From: Endomicrobiales bacterium
Lineage (GTDB): Bacteria; Elusimicrobiota; Endomicrobiia; Endomicrobiales; JAFGGC01
Assembly: GCA_016930715.1 (NCBI GenBank)
Contig: JAFGGC010000025.1
Span: 11,008-75,007, forward strand
Length of the DNA: 64,000 nucleotides
Direction of reading: 5' to 3'
The position numbers were made by a program, and so were the translations under genes. Within the stretch, counting starts at the first letter, position 1. The number at the start of each line of letters is the position of its first letter. The notes beneath the pieces are model-generated. The model was not told the origin of the DNA. It saw nothing but the letters and a program-made list of their open reading frames with translations, and searched no databases. Shown here one piece after another: positions 38,937 to 48,846 of the stretch.

Positions 38937-40154
38937 CTATTGTTTCAGGCCTTCGGAAAGAAGTATCGCCTCTGCGACCTCGCGCATCGTCCTGCGCAGG
39001 TTCATGGCCTGTTTTTGTATGAACTGGAAGGCATCCTGCTCGGTCATGTTTTTCTGCTTCATCAGCAGGCCTTTAGCTCTTTCGATCAGTTTCCTGGTCT
39101 CTAGCGCGTCCCTTGCCGCCCTGGATTCCTCGATCAGCCTCGTGTTCTCGATGGCCACGGCCGACTGGTTCGCGATTGTCTGCAGTATATCGAGTTCTTC
39201 CTCGGTAAAGTTATGGAACGCGGTCGTGTAACAGTTTATCACGCCTATGGGTTTGTCCTTGATAAGCATCGGAACGGCGAGCATCGAAACAAGCCCCTCT
39301 TTTTTGGCAATATCGGGATAGCTGTAAAGCGGCTCCTTGAGCACGTCTGGTACCACTACGGTTTTTTTCGTTATGACCGCCCTTCCGGAAATCGATTTCT
39401 CTATCTTCACGTGCGGTTTCTTCCTGTATTCTTCCGAAAGGCTCTGCGTCGCTTCGATCCTGAGTTCCTTGGCATCCTTGTCAAGAAGCATAAGCGAACA
39501 TATTTTAGAATTCATCATCTGCGCCGTCATTGTTACTATCAGCTGAAGGATCTCGTAGAGATAATTCGAGGAAACGATGCTCGACGACAGGTGCGATATC
39601 GTTTCGAGCTGCCTCGCCTTCAAGGCCGCGGTTTTTATCAGGCGCGATTTTTCTATGGCACCCGAGATCTGGCAGGCAATTGCGTTCAGAAGCTTTATTT
39701 GGTTCTTGGTGAAATCCTTGGCTTTTTTATTCTGTATGTTTATGACGCCTATCGATTCGTCCTTGAGAAGTATCGGAACGGATAGGAAGGCCTCGTACCT
39801 GTCTTCTGGAAGGTTATGGAAGTACTTAAAGCGGGCGTCCTTGTAGGCGTTCTTGTTTATGATAAGGTTTTTCTTGTGGCTCAAGACCCACCCGGTCAGG
39901 CCCTCGTTTGTCCCCATCTTTATTTTCCCTATCTGGTAGGGATGAGGCGGCCACGCGCCGAGAAGTGTCAAACCGAGCGTCGAAGTCTCGATGAGGTAGA
40001 TGAAACAACTGTCGCCTTTGAAATGCTCGGCGAGGACCCTTGCTATCTGCTGAAGCAGGGCGTTATGGTCCGTCGAGAGACTTATTATCTCGATTATTTG
40101 ATGAAGCAGGTCGACTTCGTTCTTCAGTTCCTTCAGACTTCCGGTTTTCGGCAT
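38937..40154 (-). CDS. GAF-GAF-ANTAR RNA-binding antitermination regulator
   Basis: Two GAF domains, then ANTAR LETRKLIERAKGLLM...EQDAF..IQKQAMN.R..MREVAE. Start placed at MPKTG (40154). Confidence 0.9.
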   Translation of the reverse strand: MPKTGSLKELKNEVDLLHQIIEIISLSTDHNALLQQIARVLAEHFKGDSCFIYLIETSTLGLTLLGAWPPHPYQIGKIKMGTNEGLTGWVLSHKKNLIINKNAYKDARFKYFHNLPEDRYEAFLSVPILLKDESIGVINIQNKKAKDFTKNQIKLLNAIACQISGAIEKSRLIKTAALKARQLETISHLSSSIVSSNYLYEILQLIVTMTAQMMNSKICSLMLLDKDAKELRIEATQSLSEEYRKKPHVKIEKSISGRAVITKKTVVVPDVLKEPLYSYPDIAKKEGLVSMLAVPMLIKDKPIGVINCYTTAFHNFTEEELDILQTIANQSAVAIENTRLIEESRAARDALETRKLIERAKGLLMKQKNMTEQDAFQFIQKQAMNLRRTMREVAEAILLSEGLKQ

Positions 40155-40194
40155 CTTGCGCCGCCCTTTCGGTAAGTATTGATGATTTACGGGC

Positions 40195-42825
40195 TCAAGC
40201 TCCGCAGCACTTCTTGTATTTTTTCCCGCTCCCGCAGGGACACGGGTCATTCCTGCCTATTTTTTCTATGTGCCTGGGTTTGTCACCCGCGAGGTTCTGC
40301 GTCCTTTGGCCTCCCCCGCCGCCGCCGGCACCGACGGCCGCCATTTCTCTCGACTCGACCGTCCTCTGCACGCGCCTGACGGGTTCCGGGGCTATCTTGA
40401 TCTTGAAGATATACTCTATCGAAGCTTCTCTTATCCTTCTTATCATGTTCTCGAACATCGCGAACGACTCCTTCTGGTACTCTATCTTCGGGTCCTTCTG
40501 CCCGTACGCCCTGAGCCCTATCCCCTTTTTTATCTGGTCGAGGTCATACAGGTGCTCTTTCCACGCCGTGTCTATCATCTGAAGGAGTATCATCCTCTGT
40601 ATGTGGTGCAGGAGCGGCGTGGAAAGCTCCTCTTCCCTCTTTTTATAGGATTGTTCGATTTGTTCCTCCAGCAGGGCTCTCAACGTTTCCTGCTTGGATT
40701 CTAGTTTTTCGTTCTCCGCAAGTTCAATCTTGGAATTAAAATTCCTCTGGAGCCAAACGTCAAGACTCGGCCAGTCCCATTGTTCGGGATAGAGCTTCGC
40801 CGGCGCCCACAGCTCCAGTTTTTCTTCCACGGATTCCGCGAGCATGTCTTTTATCGTCTGCGATATGTCCTCGCCTTCAAGTATCTCGTTTCTCATCCTG
40901 TAGACGGCTTCCCTCTGCTTGTTCATCACGTTGTCGTATTCAAGAAGGTGTTTTCTTATGTCAAAATTCATGGCTTCGACTTTTCTCTGCGCGTTCTCTA
41001 TCGCCTTTGATATCCACGGATGCTGTATCTCTTCGCCCTCCTGCATGCCGAGCTTCTGCATTACCATAGATATACGCTCCGAACCGAAAAGGCGCATGAG
41101 CTCGTCTTCCAGCGAGAGATAGAATCTTGAGCTTCCCGGGTCGCCCTGCCTGCCCGAACGCCCGCGGAGCTGGTTGTCTATGCGCCTTGCCTCATGCCGT
41201 TCCGTGCCGAGTATATGCAGGCCGCCGAGCGACTTGATAAGCGAGGATTCCTCTTCCGTGCACGGGTTGCCGCCGAGGACTATGTCCGTTCCGCGGCCCG
41301 CCATGTTCGTGGCTATCGTCACGGCGCTCTTTTTCCCTGCCTGGGCTATTATCTGGGCTTCCATCTCGTGGTACTTGGCGTTCAGGACCTGGTGAGGCAC
41401 GCCTTTCCTGCGGAGCATCGCCGATATCTTTTCGGACTTTTCTATGGAACGCGTGCCAACGAGCACCGGCTGGCCTTTTCTCCACAGCGCGTCTATCTCG
41501 TTTATTATCGCGTCGTATTTTTCCTTTTCCGTCCTGTATATGACGTCGGCGTTGTCGGCGCGCACCATAGGGTTATGGGTCGGCACCTCAATGCTGTCAA
41601 GCTTGTATATCTCCCAGAACTCGGAAGCCTCGGTCATCGCGGTTCCGGTCATCCCGGAAATCTTCTTGTACATCCTGAAAAAGTTCTGGAAGGTTATCGT
41701 GGCAAGGGTTTGGTTCTCCTCGGCTATTCTCATGTTCTCTTTTGCCTCGACCGCCTGATGGAGCCCGTCTGACCATCTCCTGCCCGGCATCAGCCGGCCG
41801 GTAAATTCGTCAACTATTATTATCTGCCCCTCTTTGACCACGTAATCCACGTCGCGCTCGAAAAGGTTGTGCGCCTTGAGCGCCTGCGTGATGTGGTGGA
41901 CCCACTCGGATTGAAGGTCATCGTATATGTTTTTCACGCCAAGGAGCTTTTCCGCCTTTGTCACGCCCTGCTCGGTAAGCACTACCGTGTGGTTCTTTTC
42001 GTCGACGAGGTAATCGTAGCCGGCGCTGAGGTCTATGTTCTTGTACTTGGCCTCTATCTCCTCGGCCTCGGTTACTTTCCTGCCCTTCAAGTGCGGGATT
42101 ATCCTGTTGCACGTGTAGTATTTATCTGTGGATTCCTCGGCGGGCCCGGATATTATCAGCGGGGTCCTTGCTTCGTCTATCAGTATGGAGTCTACTTCGT
42201 CGACGATGGCGTAGTTTAATTCGCGGAGCACCCTGTCTTCTTTCATTATCACCATGTTGTCGCGAAGGTAGTCAAACCCTATCTCGTTGTTGGTGACGTA
42301 AGTGACGTCGCAGTTATACGCCGCCCGGCGCTCGGCGTTGGGCATGTCGTGCTGGACGAAACCGACCGTAAGGCCCAGGAACTCGTAGACCGGCCCCATC
42401 CAGTGCCTGTCCCTTTTTGCGAGGTAGTCGTTTACCGTAACGACGTGCACGCCCTTTCCCTCCAGGGCGTTCAAATAAACCGGCAGGGTCGCTACCAGGG
42501 TCTTCCCTTCGCCGGTCTTCATCTCTGCGATCTTTCCGGTGTGAAGCACGTATCCGCCGAGTATCTGAACGTCGAAATGTCTTAGTTTTATGGCCCTTTT
42601 CGCGGCTTCCCTGACGACCGCGAACGCTTCCGGAAGAAGGTCATTCAAGGCCTCGCCTTTCGAAAGACGTTCCCTGAACTGCAGGGTTTTGCCCTTCAAT
42701 TCATCGTCGGAAAGCGCGGATATCCCCGCTTCGAAACCGTTCACGGATTCAACTAAGGGCTTTATTTTCTTGAGAGTCCGTTCGTTCTGCGAACCGAATA
42801 TGGAATTCATCAGCATCTTTAACAT
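40195..42825 (-). CDS. secA: Preprotein translocase ATPase SecA
   Basis: [53 protein letters not shown]. Confidence 0.98.
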   Translation of the reverse strand: MLKMLMNSIFGSQNERTLKKIKPLVESVNGFEAGISALSDDELKGKTLQFRERLSKGEALNDLLPEAFAVVREAAKRAIKLRHFDVQILGGYVLHTGKIAEMKTGEGKTLVATLPVYLNALEGKGVHVVTVNDYLAKRDRHWMGPVYEFLGLTVGFVQHDMPNAERRAAYNCDVTYVTNNEIGFDYLRDNMVIMKEDRVLRELNYAIVDEVDSILIDEARTPLIISGPAEESTDKYYTCNRIIPHLKGRKVTEAEEIEAKYKNIDLSAGYDYLVDEKNHTVVLTEQGVTKAEKLLGVKNIYDDLQSEWVHHITQALKAHNLFERDVDYVVKEGQIIIVDEFTGRLMPGRRWSDGLHQAVEAKENMRIAEENQTLATITFQNFFRMYKKISGMTGTAMTEASEFWEIYKLDSIEVPTHNPMVRADNADVIYRTEKEKYDAIINEIDALWRKGQPVLVGTRSIEKSEKISAMLRRKGVPHQVLNAKYHEMEAQIIAQAGKKSAVTIATNMAGRGTDIVLGGNPCTEEESSLIKSLGGLHILGTERHEARRIDNQLRGRSGRQGDPGSSRFYLSLEDELMRLFGSERISMVMQKLGMQEGEEIQHPWISKAIENAQRKVEAMNFDIRKHLLEYDNVMNKQREAVYRMRNEILEGEDISQTIKDMLAESVEEKLELWAPAKLYPEQWDWPSLDVWLQRNFNSKIELAENEKLESKQETLRALLEEQIEQSYKKREEELSTPLLHHIQRMILLQMIDTAWKEHLYDLDQIKKGIGLRAYGQKDPKIEYQKESFAMFENMIRRIREASIEYIFKIKIAPEPVRRVQRTVESREMAAVGAGGGGGGQRTQNLAGDKPRHIEKIGRNDPCPCGSGKKYKKCCGA

Positions 42826-42925
42826 TTATTTCTTACCTCATTTCGATGCCTGGATATCCGTGCATTATACCAAATAAAGACGATATTTCAAAATATCCCT
42901 CTAAAATACCGCTCTTTTTCAGAAA

Positions 42926-42960
42926 ATAGAAAACCCTCCCCGACAGGGAGGGTCTTCTAT
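42926..42960 (-). terminator. Intrinsic terminator after the cold-shock gene
   Basis: Minus strand ATAGAAGACCCTCCC-tgtcg-GGGAGGGTTTTCTAT followed by T-rich tail. Confidence 0.75.
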
Positions 42961-42989
42961 TATCGTGTCAAAGACTGCTAAGGTTCAGT

Positions 42990-43193
42990 TTAAGCTTTCT
43001 GCACGTTCGAGGCCTTCGGACCCTTATCGGAATCGATGACGTCGAACTCCACCGCGTCGCCTTCCGCCAGAGATTTGAAACCCTCGCCCTGGATGGAAGA
43101 AAAATGCACGAACACGTCGCCGCTTCCGTCATCCTTGGCTATGAAACCGTAACCCTTCTGGTCATTGAACCACTTGACTTTTCCGCGTACCAT
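42990..43193 (-). CDS. Cold-shock protein (CspA family)
   Basis: GKVKWFN..KGYGFI, DVFVHFS. Confidence 0.96.
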   Translation of the reverse strand: MVRGKVKWFNDQKGYGFIAKDDGSGDVFVHFSSIQGEGFKSLAEGDAVEFDVIDSDKGPKASNVQKA

Positions 43194-43316
43194 TTCGCTG
43201 CTTCACCTGCCCTTTTACTCCGCTTTTTTCGCGGGTTTAATAACGAACCGGGCCGAGCCCGGACTCGCACGACATTTTATATCAACCGCATTTAATTTTC
43301 AATACTTATCGTTTAT

Positions 43317-44006
43317 TCAAAATTTCCTGTTCCACGCGGGGTCATGGTACTTTTCCCGCCTAAGCTGCCCGGCACTTTCCGATTCCCTTTTGGTGGGATT
43401 CTGCTTCGTCAAATCCGCCCCGAGGACGTTCCGGAAACCGTTCATTATGCGCTGTACCATTTCTTCTACATTGAATTTTTTATCGAAGTGTATCGAACCC
43501 TGCTGCAGTAGCGTCCTGCCGCGCCTCCTCTGGCAGGAGCCGAGCACTTTTTTTCCGGAAGCAACAAGATCATGCGGAAAGAAGCTCTCGACGCACAGGG
43601 CCCCCTTCCGGCTCTTCAGATCCCTGCCAGGACCCGCGAAATCCACTTGCTCGCCCATTTCCTCGAACGCTTTTTTCACCGCCGTGTGTATTATCTCGTA
43701 AGTCTTGAGCTGGTCATAAACGAAAGGACAATCCTTGCTGTTGGCGATAAAGGAGTATGACAGATCCCTGTCGTGCACGACCGACAATCCGCCCGTCATC
43801 CTTCTGGTGACGGGCAGCTTCATGCGGGCGAACTCCTCGTACTTTTGAAAATACCCAATCGTGACGCACTTCGCATTCCACGTGTAGAGCCTCAACGTCG
43901 CCGGCGTGCTGTCATTTTCGCTCTTCGCAATGAAAAGCGCTTCATCCATTGCCATGTTTTCCGGGCCGTCGCCCCGCTCCGAAAGGATAAACCTTAAAGT
44001 CTTCAT
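43317..44006 (-). CDS. Lipoate-protein ligase A/LipM-type catalytic domain
   Basis: NMAMDEAL, LRLYTW, RRMTGG..V.H, GKKVLGSCQRR, LQQGSI. Confidence 0.85.
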   Translation of the reverse strand: MKTLRFILSERGDGPENMAMDEALFIAKSENDSTPATLRLYTWNAKCVTIGYFQKYEEFARMKLPVTRRMTGGLSVVHDRDLSYSFIANSKDCPFVYDQLKTYEIIHTAVKKAFEEMGEQVDFAGPGRDLKSRKGALCVESFFPHDLVASGKKVLGSCQRRRGRTLLQQGSIHFDKKFNVEEMVQRIMNGFRNVLGADLTKQNPTKRESESAGQLRREKYHDPAWNRKF

Positions 44007-44305
44007 TGCTTTTCCTTTTTAAGCAGTTGTTTCTTCCTTTTTATTCCGCCTTTCGCGGAATACCCTCCGAGGGAACCGTCGGAACTGACAACCCTGTGGC
44101 ACGGAACAAATGGCGCGAAAGGGTTTTTTTTCAGCGCCTGTCCTACCGCCCTCGCCGCACCGGGTTTTCCGACGCGCCTGGCTATCTGGCCGTAAGTCGC
44201 GGTACTCCCCTTGGGGATTTTAAGGCATTCAAGCCACACCTGACGGCAGAATTTTGGGTATTTGAAAAATTTTTTTCTGATAGGATAAGGAAGGTTAACG
44301 GTCAT
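44003..44305 (-). CDS. O6-alkylguanine DNA alkyltransferase (MGMT family, C-terminal domain only)
   Basis: TYGQIA, AARAVG, NP...VPCHRV, LGGYS. Confidence 0.88.
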   Translation of the reverse strand: MTVNLPYPIRKKFFKYPKFCRQVWLECLKIPKGSTATYGQIARRVGKPGAARAVGQALKKNPFAPFVPCHRVVSSDGSLGGYSAKGGIKRKKQLLKKEKQ

Positions 44306-45044
44306 TGTAAATGTTCAGGCGGCCCTCTTCGTCCACGAAGGTATAAATCTCTTTGTTCCCCTTGTACTGCCTGTAATACCTGTTTATTTTTCTGATGTAT
44401 TCCCTCGTCTCCCTGTAGGGCGGAACGGAATTGTAACGCCTTACTGCCCCCGGCCCGGCGTTATAGGCGGCAAGCGCAAGCTCCGTGTCTCCGTTGAAAA
44501 GATCCAGCATGTCGCTGAGGTATCTCGTACCACCCCGAATATTCTGTTCGGGATCGAACATCTCTTCAACTTCAAGGACCCTGGCCGTCCGTGGCATCAA
44601 CTGCATGAGCCCGCACGCTCCCTTGCACGAAACGTCACAATTATTGAAGTTTGATTCAGCTTTTATCACGGCTTTGACTAGCGCGGGGTCAATACTGTTC
44701 CTTTTGGCTTCCCTGTTTATTATGTGGTCGTACGGGCTGGCTTTCCTGACGGCAGAACCGCCCCTTCCGGGCGTTACCTTGTAAGAAGACAAGAACCTTT
44801 CACTCACCCGGTCCGTGGTCGAATGTATCCTGACCTTTTTTATCTCTTCCCTCTCGAACTTTATCGAACCGTTTTTCATCGTCACCCAGCAGCTGCCGTC
44901 CGGATTTTTCACGATGTCGCCTTCCAGCACGCTGCCGTTGGACAGCACGACCTTTCCGGTCATACCGAAGGCTGGCGCGGCAAACACCGCCACAAAGACC
45001 AGGACCTTGAAACCGCGCGTGAAATCAAACATTGAACGTCGCAT
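44295..45044 (-). CDS. Secreted lytic transglycosylase (SLT domain)
   Basis: Signal-like N-terminus, AVIKAESNF, GACGLMQLMP, ALAAYNAGPG, PPYRETREY. Confidence 0.92.
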   Translation of the reverse strand: MRRSMFDFTRGFKVLVFVAVFAAPAFGMTGKVVLSNGSVLEGDIVKNPDGSCWVTMKNGSIKFEREEIKKVRIHSTTDRVSERFLSSYKVTPGRGGSAVRKASPYDHIINREAKRNSIDPALVKAVIKAESNFNNCDVSCKGACGLMQLMPRTARVLEVEEMFDPEQNIRGGTRYLSDMLDLFNGDTELALAAYNAGPGAVRRYNSVPPYRETREYIRKINRYYRQYKGNKEIYTFVDEEGRLNIYNDR

Positions 45045-46299
45045 TGTTCGCCTGCTCCTGCGCCTTTACCGGTTCAACCGGTTCCTGTTTCGCCATCATA
45101 CCCATCGACGCCCTCTTCTGGAAAACCTTCAGGAAAGCGTCAACGACCCTGGGATGAAACTGTTTGCCCCTGTTACGCCTTATTTCCTCGACTGCCTCCG
45201 CCAGGGTAAGCGCCTTGCGGTAAGGCCTGTCCGTGGTCATCGCGTCAAACGCGTCCGCCACCGCTATTATGGAAGCCGCGAGAGGTATCTTTTCGCCCGA
45301 AAGCTTGAACGGGTATCCCCGGCCGTCATATCTCTCGTGGTGGTACTTGACCCCCAACAAGACGTCCTTGAACTCGTTTATGGGGTTCAGTATCTCGACA
45401 CCCATCATCGGATGCTGTTTTATCGACTCCTTTTCCTTCATACTCAGCGGTTTTTTCTTGTTGAGGACTTTTTCCGGTATTCCGATCTTGCCGATGTCGT
45501 GCATCAGCGCCGCAGTGCGGAGGTTGTCTTCGAAAACCCGCATGTCGCCGACATCGGCCGTGTCGAGGTTCCTTGCTATCTCGATGGAATACCTCACGAC
45601 CCGTTCCGTGTGGCCCTTGGTGTACTTGTCCTTGGCCTCTATCGCCGTCGCGAGCGCTATAACCGTGTTCAGGAACAACCTCTTGTTTATCTCGAGCTGC
45701 TTGTTCAGGTCTTCGAAGAGCCACGCGTTCTGCATGGCCATGACCACGTCCGAAGCAAGCACCGAAAGGAAACCAAGCTCGTCTTTCCTGAAGGCAGTCT
45801 TGTTTATCTTCTCCCCAATGAACAGCACGCCTATCAGGTTGTGCCTGTAGAAACCCGGGACGAAAGCTTTCGCCTGGTAGTACGAAAACTCGTTTTTAAG
45901 GTCTTCCAGATATTTGCGCATTTCGCCGGCTTTTCTGCCGCCGTATTTTTTCTGCAGGTAATGCACGTTGTTATACAGAAGGAAGTCCTGCTTGATGCTT
46001 TTCAGGTTCTTGTCCGTGAAATACTTTATGAGCGGGTTATCAAGCTTTACTTTTGTGAATCCCACGGGGACCTTTATCCCCTTTTTGCCGCGGGAGATCT
46101 TGACTATGTATTCGCCGCTGTTCTTGTCAAGGAGCAGTATCCCGGCGTGCCTCACAGGAATGTTGCGCATTATGGTACGCACTATCAGACGGGCAAGGGT
46201 GTCAACCCGGCGGACAAGTATCATCTGACGCGCGGCTTTCTCCAGATCGCTTTTAAAATTCCTTCCCACCGGCAAAAGCTCCTTTTGGTTCTGCTTCAA
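45025..46299 (-). CDS. GAF + HD-GYP cyclic-dinucleotide phosphodiesterase
   Basis: KDKYTKGHTERV, LMHDIGK, HHERYDGRGYP, ADAFDAMTTDRPYRK. Confidence 0.92.
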   Translation of the reverse strand: MKQNQKELLPVGRNFKSDLEKAARQMILVRRVDTLARLIVRTIMRNIPVRHAGILLLDKNSGEYIVKISRGKKGIKVPVGFTKVKLDNPLIKYFTDKNLKSIKQDFLLYNNVHYLQKKYGGRKAGEMRKYLEDLKNEFSYYQAKAFVPGFYRHNLIGVLFIGEKINKTAFRKDELGFLSVLASDVVMAMQNAWLFEDLNKQLEINKRLFLNTVIALATAIEAKDKYTKGHTERVVRYSIEIARNLDTADVGDMRVFEDNLRTAALMHDIGKIGIPEKVLNKKKPLSMKEKESIKQHPMMGVEILNPINEFKDVLLGVKYHHERYDGRGYPFKLSGEKIPLAASIIAVADAFDAMTTDRPYRKALTLAEAVEEIRRNRGKQFHPRVVDAFLKVFQKRASMGMMAKQEPVEPVKAQEQANNATFNV

Positions 46300-46667
46300 C
46301 CCTTTAGTACGTACTTCTCTATTTTTTCCTTCAGATCCCTGAGATCGAGGGGCTTCGAGATATAGTCGATAGCGCCGAGCGCCTTTGCCCGTTCCCTGGG
46401 TTCCTTCTCCGGGCTTCCCGCGATTATGATTACCTTCGCCTCCGGATCCTCTTGTTTGATGCGCTTTAAAACCTTGAACCCGTCGATGCCCTCCATGTGT
46501 ATGTCAAGGAAGACACAGTCGATCTTATCCTTGTCATAAAGGGCCAGCGCTTCCTCGCCGGAAGTAGCTATCGTGCTTGCTATCTTCATCCTCTTTAGGA
46601 AGTTCTGCATGAAGCTTACTATTTCTTCTTCGTCGTCAACTACCAGGATGTGCGTTCCTTTAGCCAT
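46296..46667 (-). CDS. Stand-alone response-regulator receiver
   Basis: LVVDDE, FLDIHMEGIDG (phospho-Asp), YISKP. Overlaps HD-GYP start by 4 nt. Confidence 0.92.
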   Translation of the reverse strand: MAKGTHILVVDDEEEIVSFMQNFLKRMKIASTIATSGEEALALYDKDKIDCVFLDIHMEGIDGFKVLKRIKQEDPEAKVIIIAGSPEKEPRERAKALGAIDYISKPLDLRDLKEKIEKYVLKG

Positions 46668-46668
46668 T

Positions 46669-48843
46669 TTATATTACCCCGTCTATAGTTTTCCCTCCGA
46701 CTATCTTTTTGGGAAGCTGAATCGTGAAAGCCGTCCCTTCCCCGAAGCTTGACTCGAACCATATCTTCCCCCGATGGTTCTCCTCTATCATTCTCTTGAC
46801 CACGTACATCCCTATCCCTGTTCCGGATTTCGTGGATGACTTTGTCGTGAAGAATGGCGCGAATATCTTGTGTTTGTTCTCCGGTTTTATCCCCATACCG
46901 TTGTCTTCTATCCTTATTTGAGATGTCAATGAATCCTGAGACACCGTGAGCTTGACCGCCGGGCTGAATTTCTTCAGATCGTCATCGTTCATTCCGTCGA
47001 TTTTCTCCTGTATCGCCTCGTAAGCGTTGTCCAGTATGTTATACACCGTTTCCATTACCTGCGCCTTGACGCCGTAGATTATATCGTTTGAAAGTTTTTC
47101 AATTGCAAGCGGATATTTCGTTAGCCCGTGTTTTATCTTCAAAAGTTCCAGGGAAAGGTCTATAACCTCGTCCAGGAAGAAGTTCGAGCACAGCGTTTCC
47201 TTTGCTTCCACGCGGGCATAGTTCAGTATCCCTTTCACGATTCCGTCGGTCCGCTTCACGTTGTTTATTATCGAATCCGATATTTTCGCCAAATACTCGA
47301 AGGTCTTCTTGAAATCCTGGTTGTTTTCTATCACGTCCTGATGATTCGACGTGAAATTCTCGATCTCAAACCGAAGTTCCCCCGAAACCATCGAGAAATG
47401 GTTCAGCCGGTTGTTTATCTGGTGCGCCACACCTTCCGCCAACCCGCCGATCGAGGCTAGCTTTTCCGCCGCGAAGATCTTTTCCTGCGCCTTGGCGAAC
47501 TCCTCCACGAACAGGCAGTTCTCTATCGCCATCGACGTCTGGCGCGAGAGTATATTAAAAACATTAATATCGTCAATCGAATATGCTTTTTGATTAATTT
47601 TTTCACCAAGCAACATAAAACCCAATGACGAATCTTCGTAAAAGGACGGCACCACCAGCGACACGTGCATCGGAAAATTGATGGTCTTTACCACGTCGTG
47701 AGGTATTTCTTCGTAAAGGAATGGTTCTCGGTGCTTTTTCACGAACTCTACAAACGGGTTTTTTAAAGGAAATATGAAATCGTCGACTATCTTTTTATTC
47801 GACCTTATGGCCCTTAACCTGTAAAATCCATTCTCCCTGTCTTCTAGAAACAATGCAGCATACTCTATTTTAACTGATTTTGTCACTATCCTCACGATAA
47901 GATTTAGAAGCTTGCCTAGATTATGTTCCTTCGTCATACCGCTGGCCGCCTGAATGAGTATCTTCTGATACCTCCTCTGCTCTGCAAGAATAAGGTCTTC
48001 AGCTTTTCTTTGAAGCAATCTGTATCCGAGTGGGCCAAGTGTCGCAAATATCACGGCGTAAGTTGTTGAAAGCAGCCATGAATTTGTGTAATATCCAACA
48101 AAAAATGGCACTCCAAGGACAAGCGCGTAAAGAGTCAGAAATATTCCGAGACGTGTCACTATAACTTGTATTGATAATAAACGGTATTTAATTATGGCGT
48201 ATGAAATGAATATAACATATGCGGAAACCAGTCCATTTAAAATCGGAGGTATGGGGATATTATACCAGAGAAAATAATTTGTGGACCCCCCGACATATCC
48301 TAATAACGTTCCGAACATAATACTTGATATCTGGTTATGTAGAACACCGACGGTTATCGTCCAATGCTTTGCAATAACTATGAAAGCATATATTACATAC
48401 GACAAATAGTATATTACTCCGACATGAAATCCCACGCCTCCTATAGGCCAAAACGCAAACAACATCTTCTGCTCTACACCTGTCACGAAATATTCTGTAT
48501 ATACCGTTGTCGATATGACGATACTCAATAAATAACCTATGTAAATAACATTCTTCTTTTCCTTAAGTACGCCCAAAAATGCACTGATAAAATGCAAAAA
48601 TGTTACTGGCATAAATAATACACCTATCATACATGTTCTTACCAAATAGTCAGCAAGTTTTAAGTTATTTACAGTCATCATCCACAAACAATAGAAAAAT
48701 GACCACCATGCAATTGAAAGACAAAAAAGTGTGAACGTTATGTTCTTAGTATTCTTTCTGTCCCTTGTAAGCACAAACATACCAAGCAAGAAAGAAGTGA
48801 GGAAGTTTATTGCGGCTGAATAAATGTAATATTTTATTCCCAT
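46669..48843 (-). CDS. Membrane sensor histidine kinase: multi-TM (HisKA_7TM-like) input + GAF + HisKA + HATPase
   Basis: About 270 aa of successive TM helices, GAF, H-box GVAHQINN, N-box NILDNA, DNGMGI, PFFTTK, GTGIG. Confidence 0.92.
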   Translation of the reverse strand: MGIKYYIYSAAINFLTSFLLGMFVLTRDRKNTKNITFTLFCLSIAWWSFFYCLWMMTVNNLKLADYLVRTCMIGVLFMPVTFLHFISAFLGVLKEKKNVIYIGYLLSIVISTTVYTEYFVTGVEQKMLFAFWPIGGVGFHVGVIYYLSYVIYAFIVIAKHWTITVGVLHNQISSIMFGTLLGYVGGSTNYFLWYNIPIPPILNGLVSAYVIFISYAIIKYRLLSIQVIVTRLGIFLTLYALVLGVPFFVGYYTNSWLLSTTYAVIFATLGPLGYRLLQRKAEDLILAEQRRYQKILIQAASGMTKEHNLGKLLNLIVRIVTKSVKIEYAALFLEDRENGFYRLRAIRSNKKIVDDFIFPLKNPFVEFVKKHREPFLYEEIPHDVVKTINFPMHVSLVVPSFYEDSSLGFMLLGEKINQKAYSIDDINVFNILSRQTSMAIENCLFVEEFAKAQEKIFAAEKLASIGGLAEGVAHQINNRLNHFSMVSGELRFEIENFTSNHQDVIENNQDFKKTFEYLAKISDSIINNVKRTDGIVKGILNYARVEAKETLCSNFFLDEVIDLSLELLKIKHGLTKYPLAIEKLSNDIIYGVKAQVMETVYNILDNAYEAIQEKIDGMNDDDLKKFSPAVKLTVSQDSLTSQIRIEDNGMGIKPENKHKIFAPFFTTKSSTKSGTGIGMYVVKRMIEENHRGKIWFESSFGEGTAFTIQLPKKIVGGKTIDGVI

Positions 48844-48846
48844 AAT

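Noticed and set aside
44815-46365. 516-aa plus-strand ORF
   Set aside because: Antisense shadow of the HD-GYP and SLT genes. No recognisable motifs, and the composition is typical of a reverse-frame ORF.
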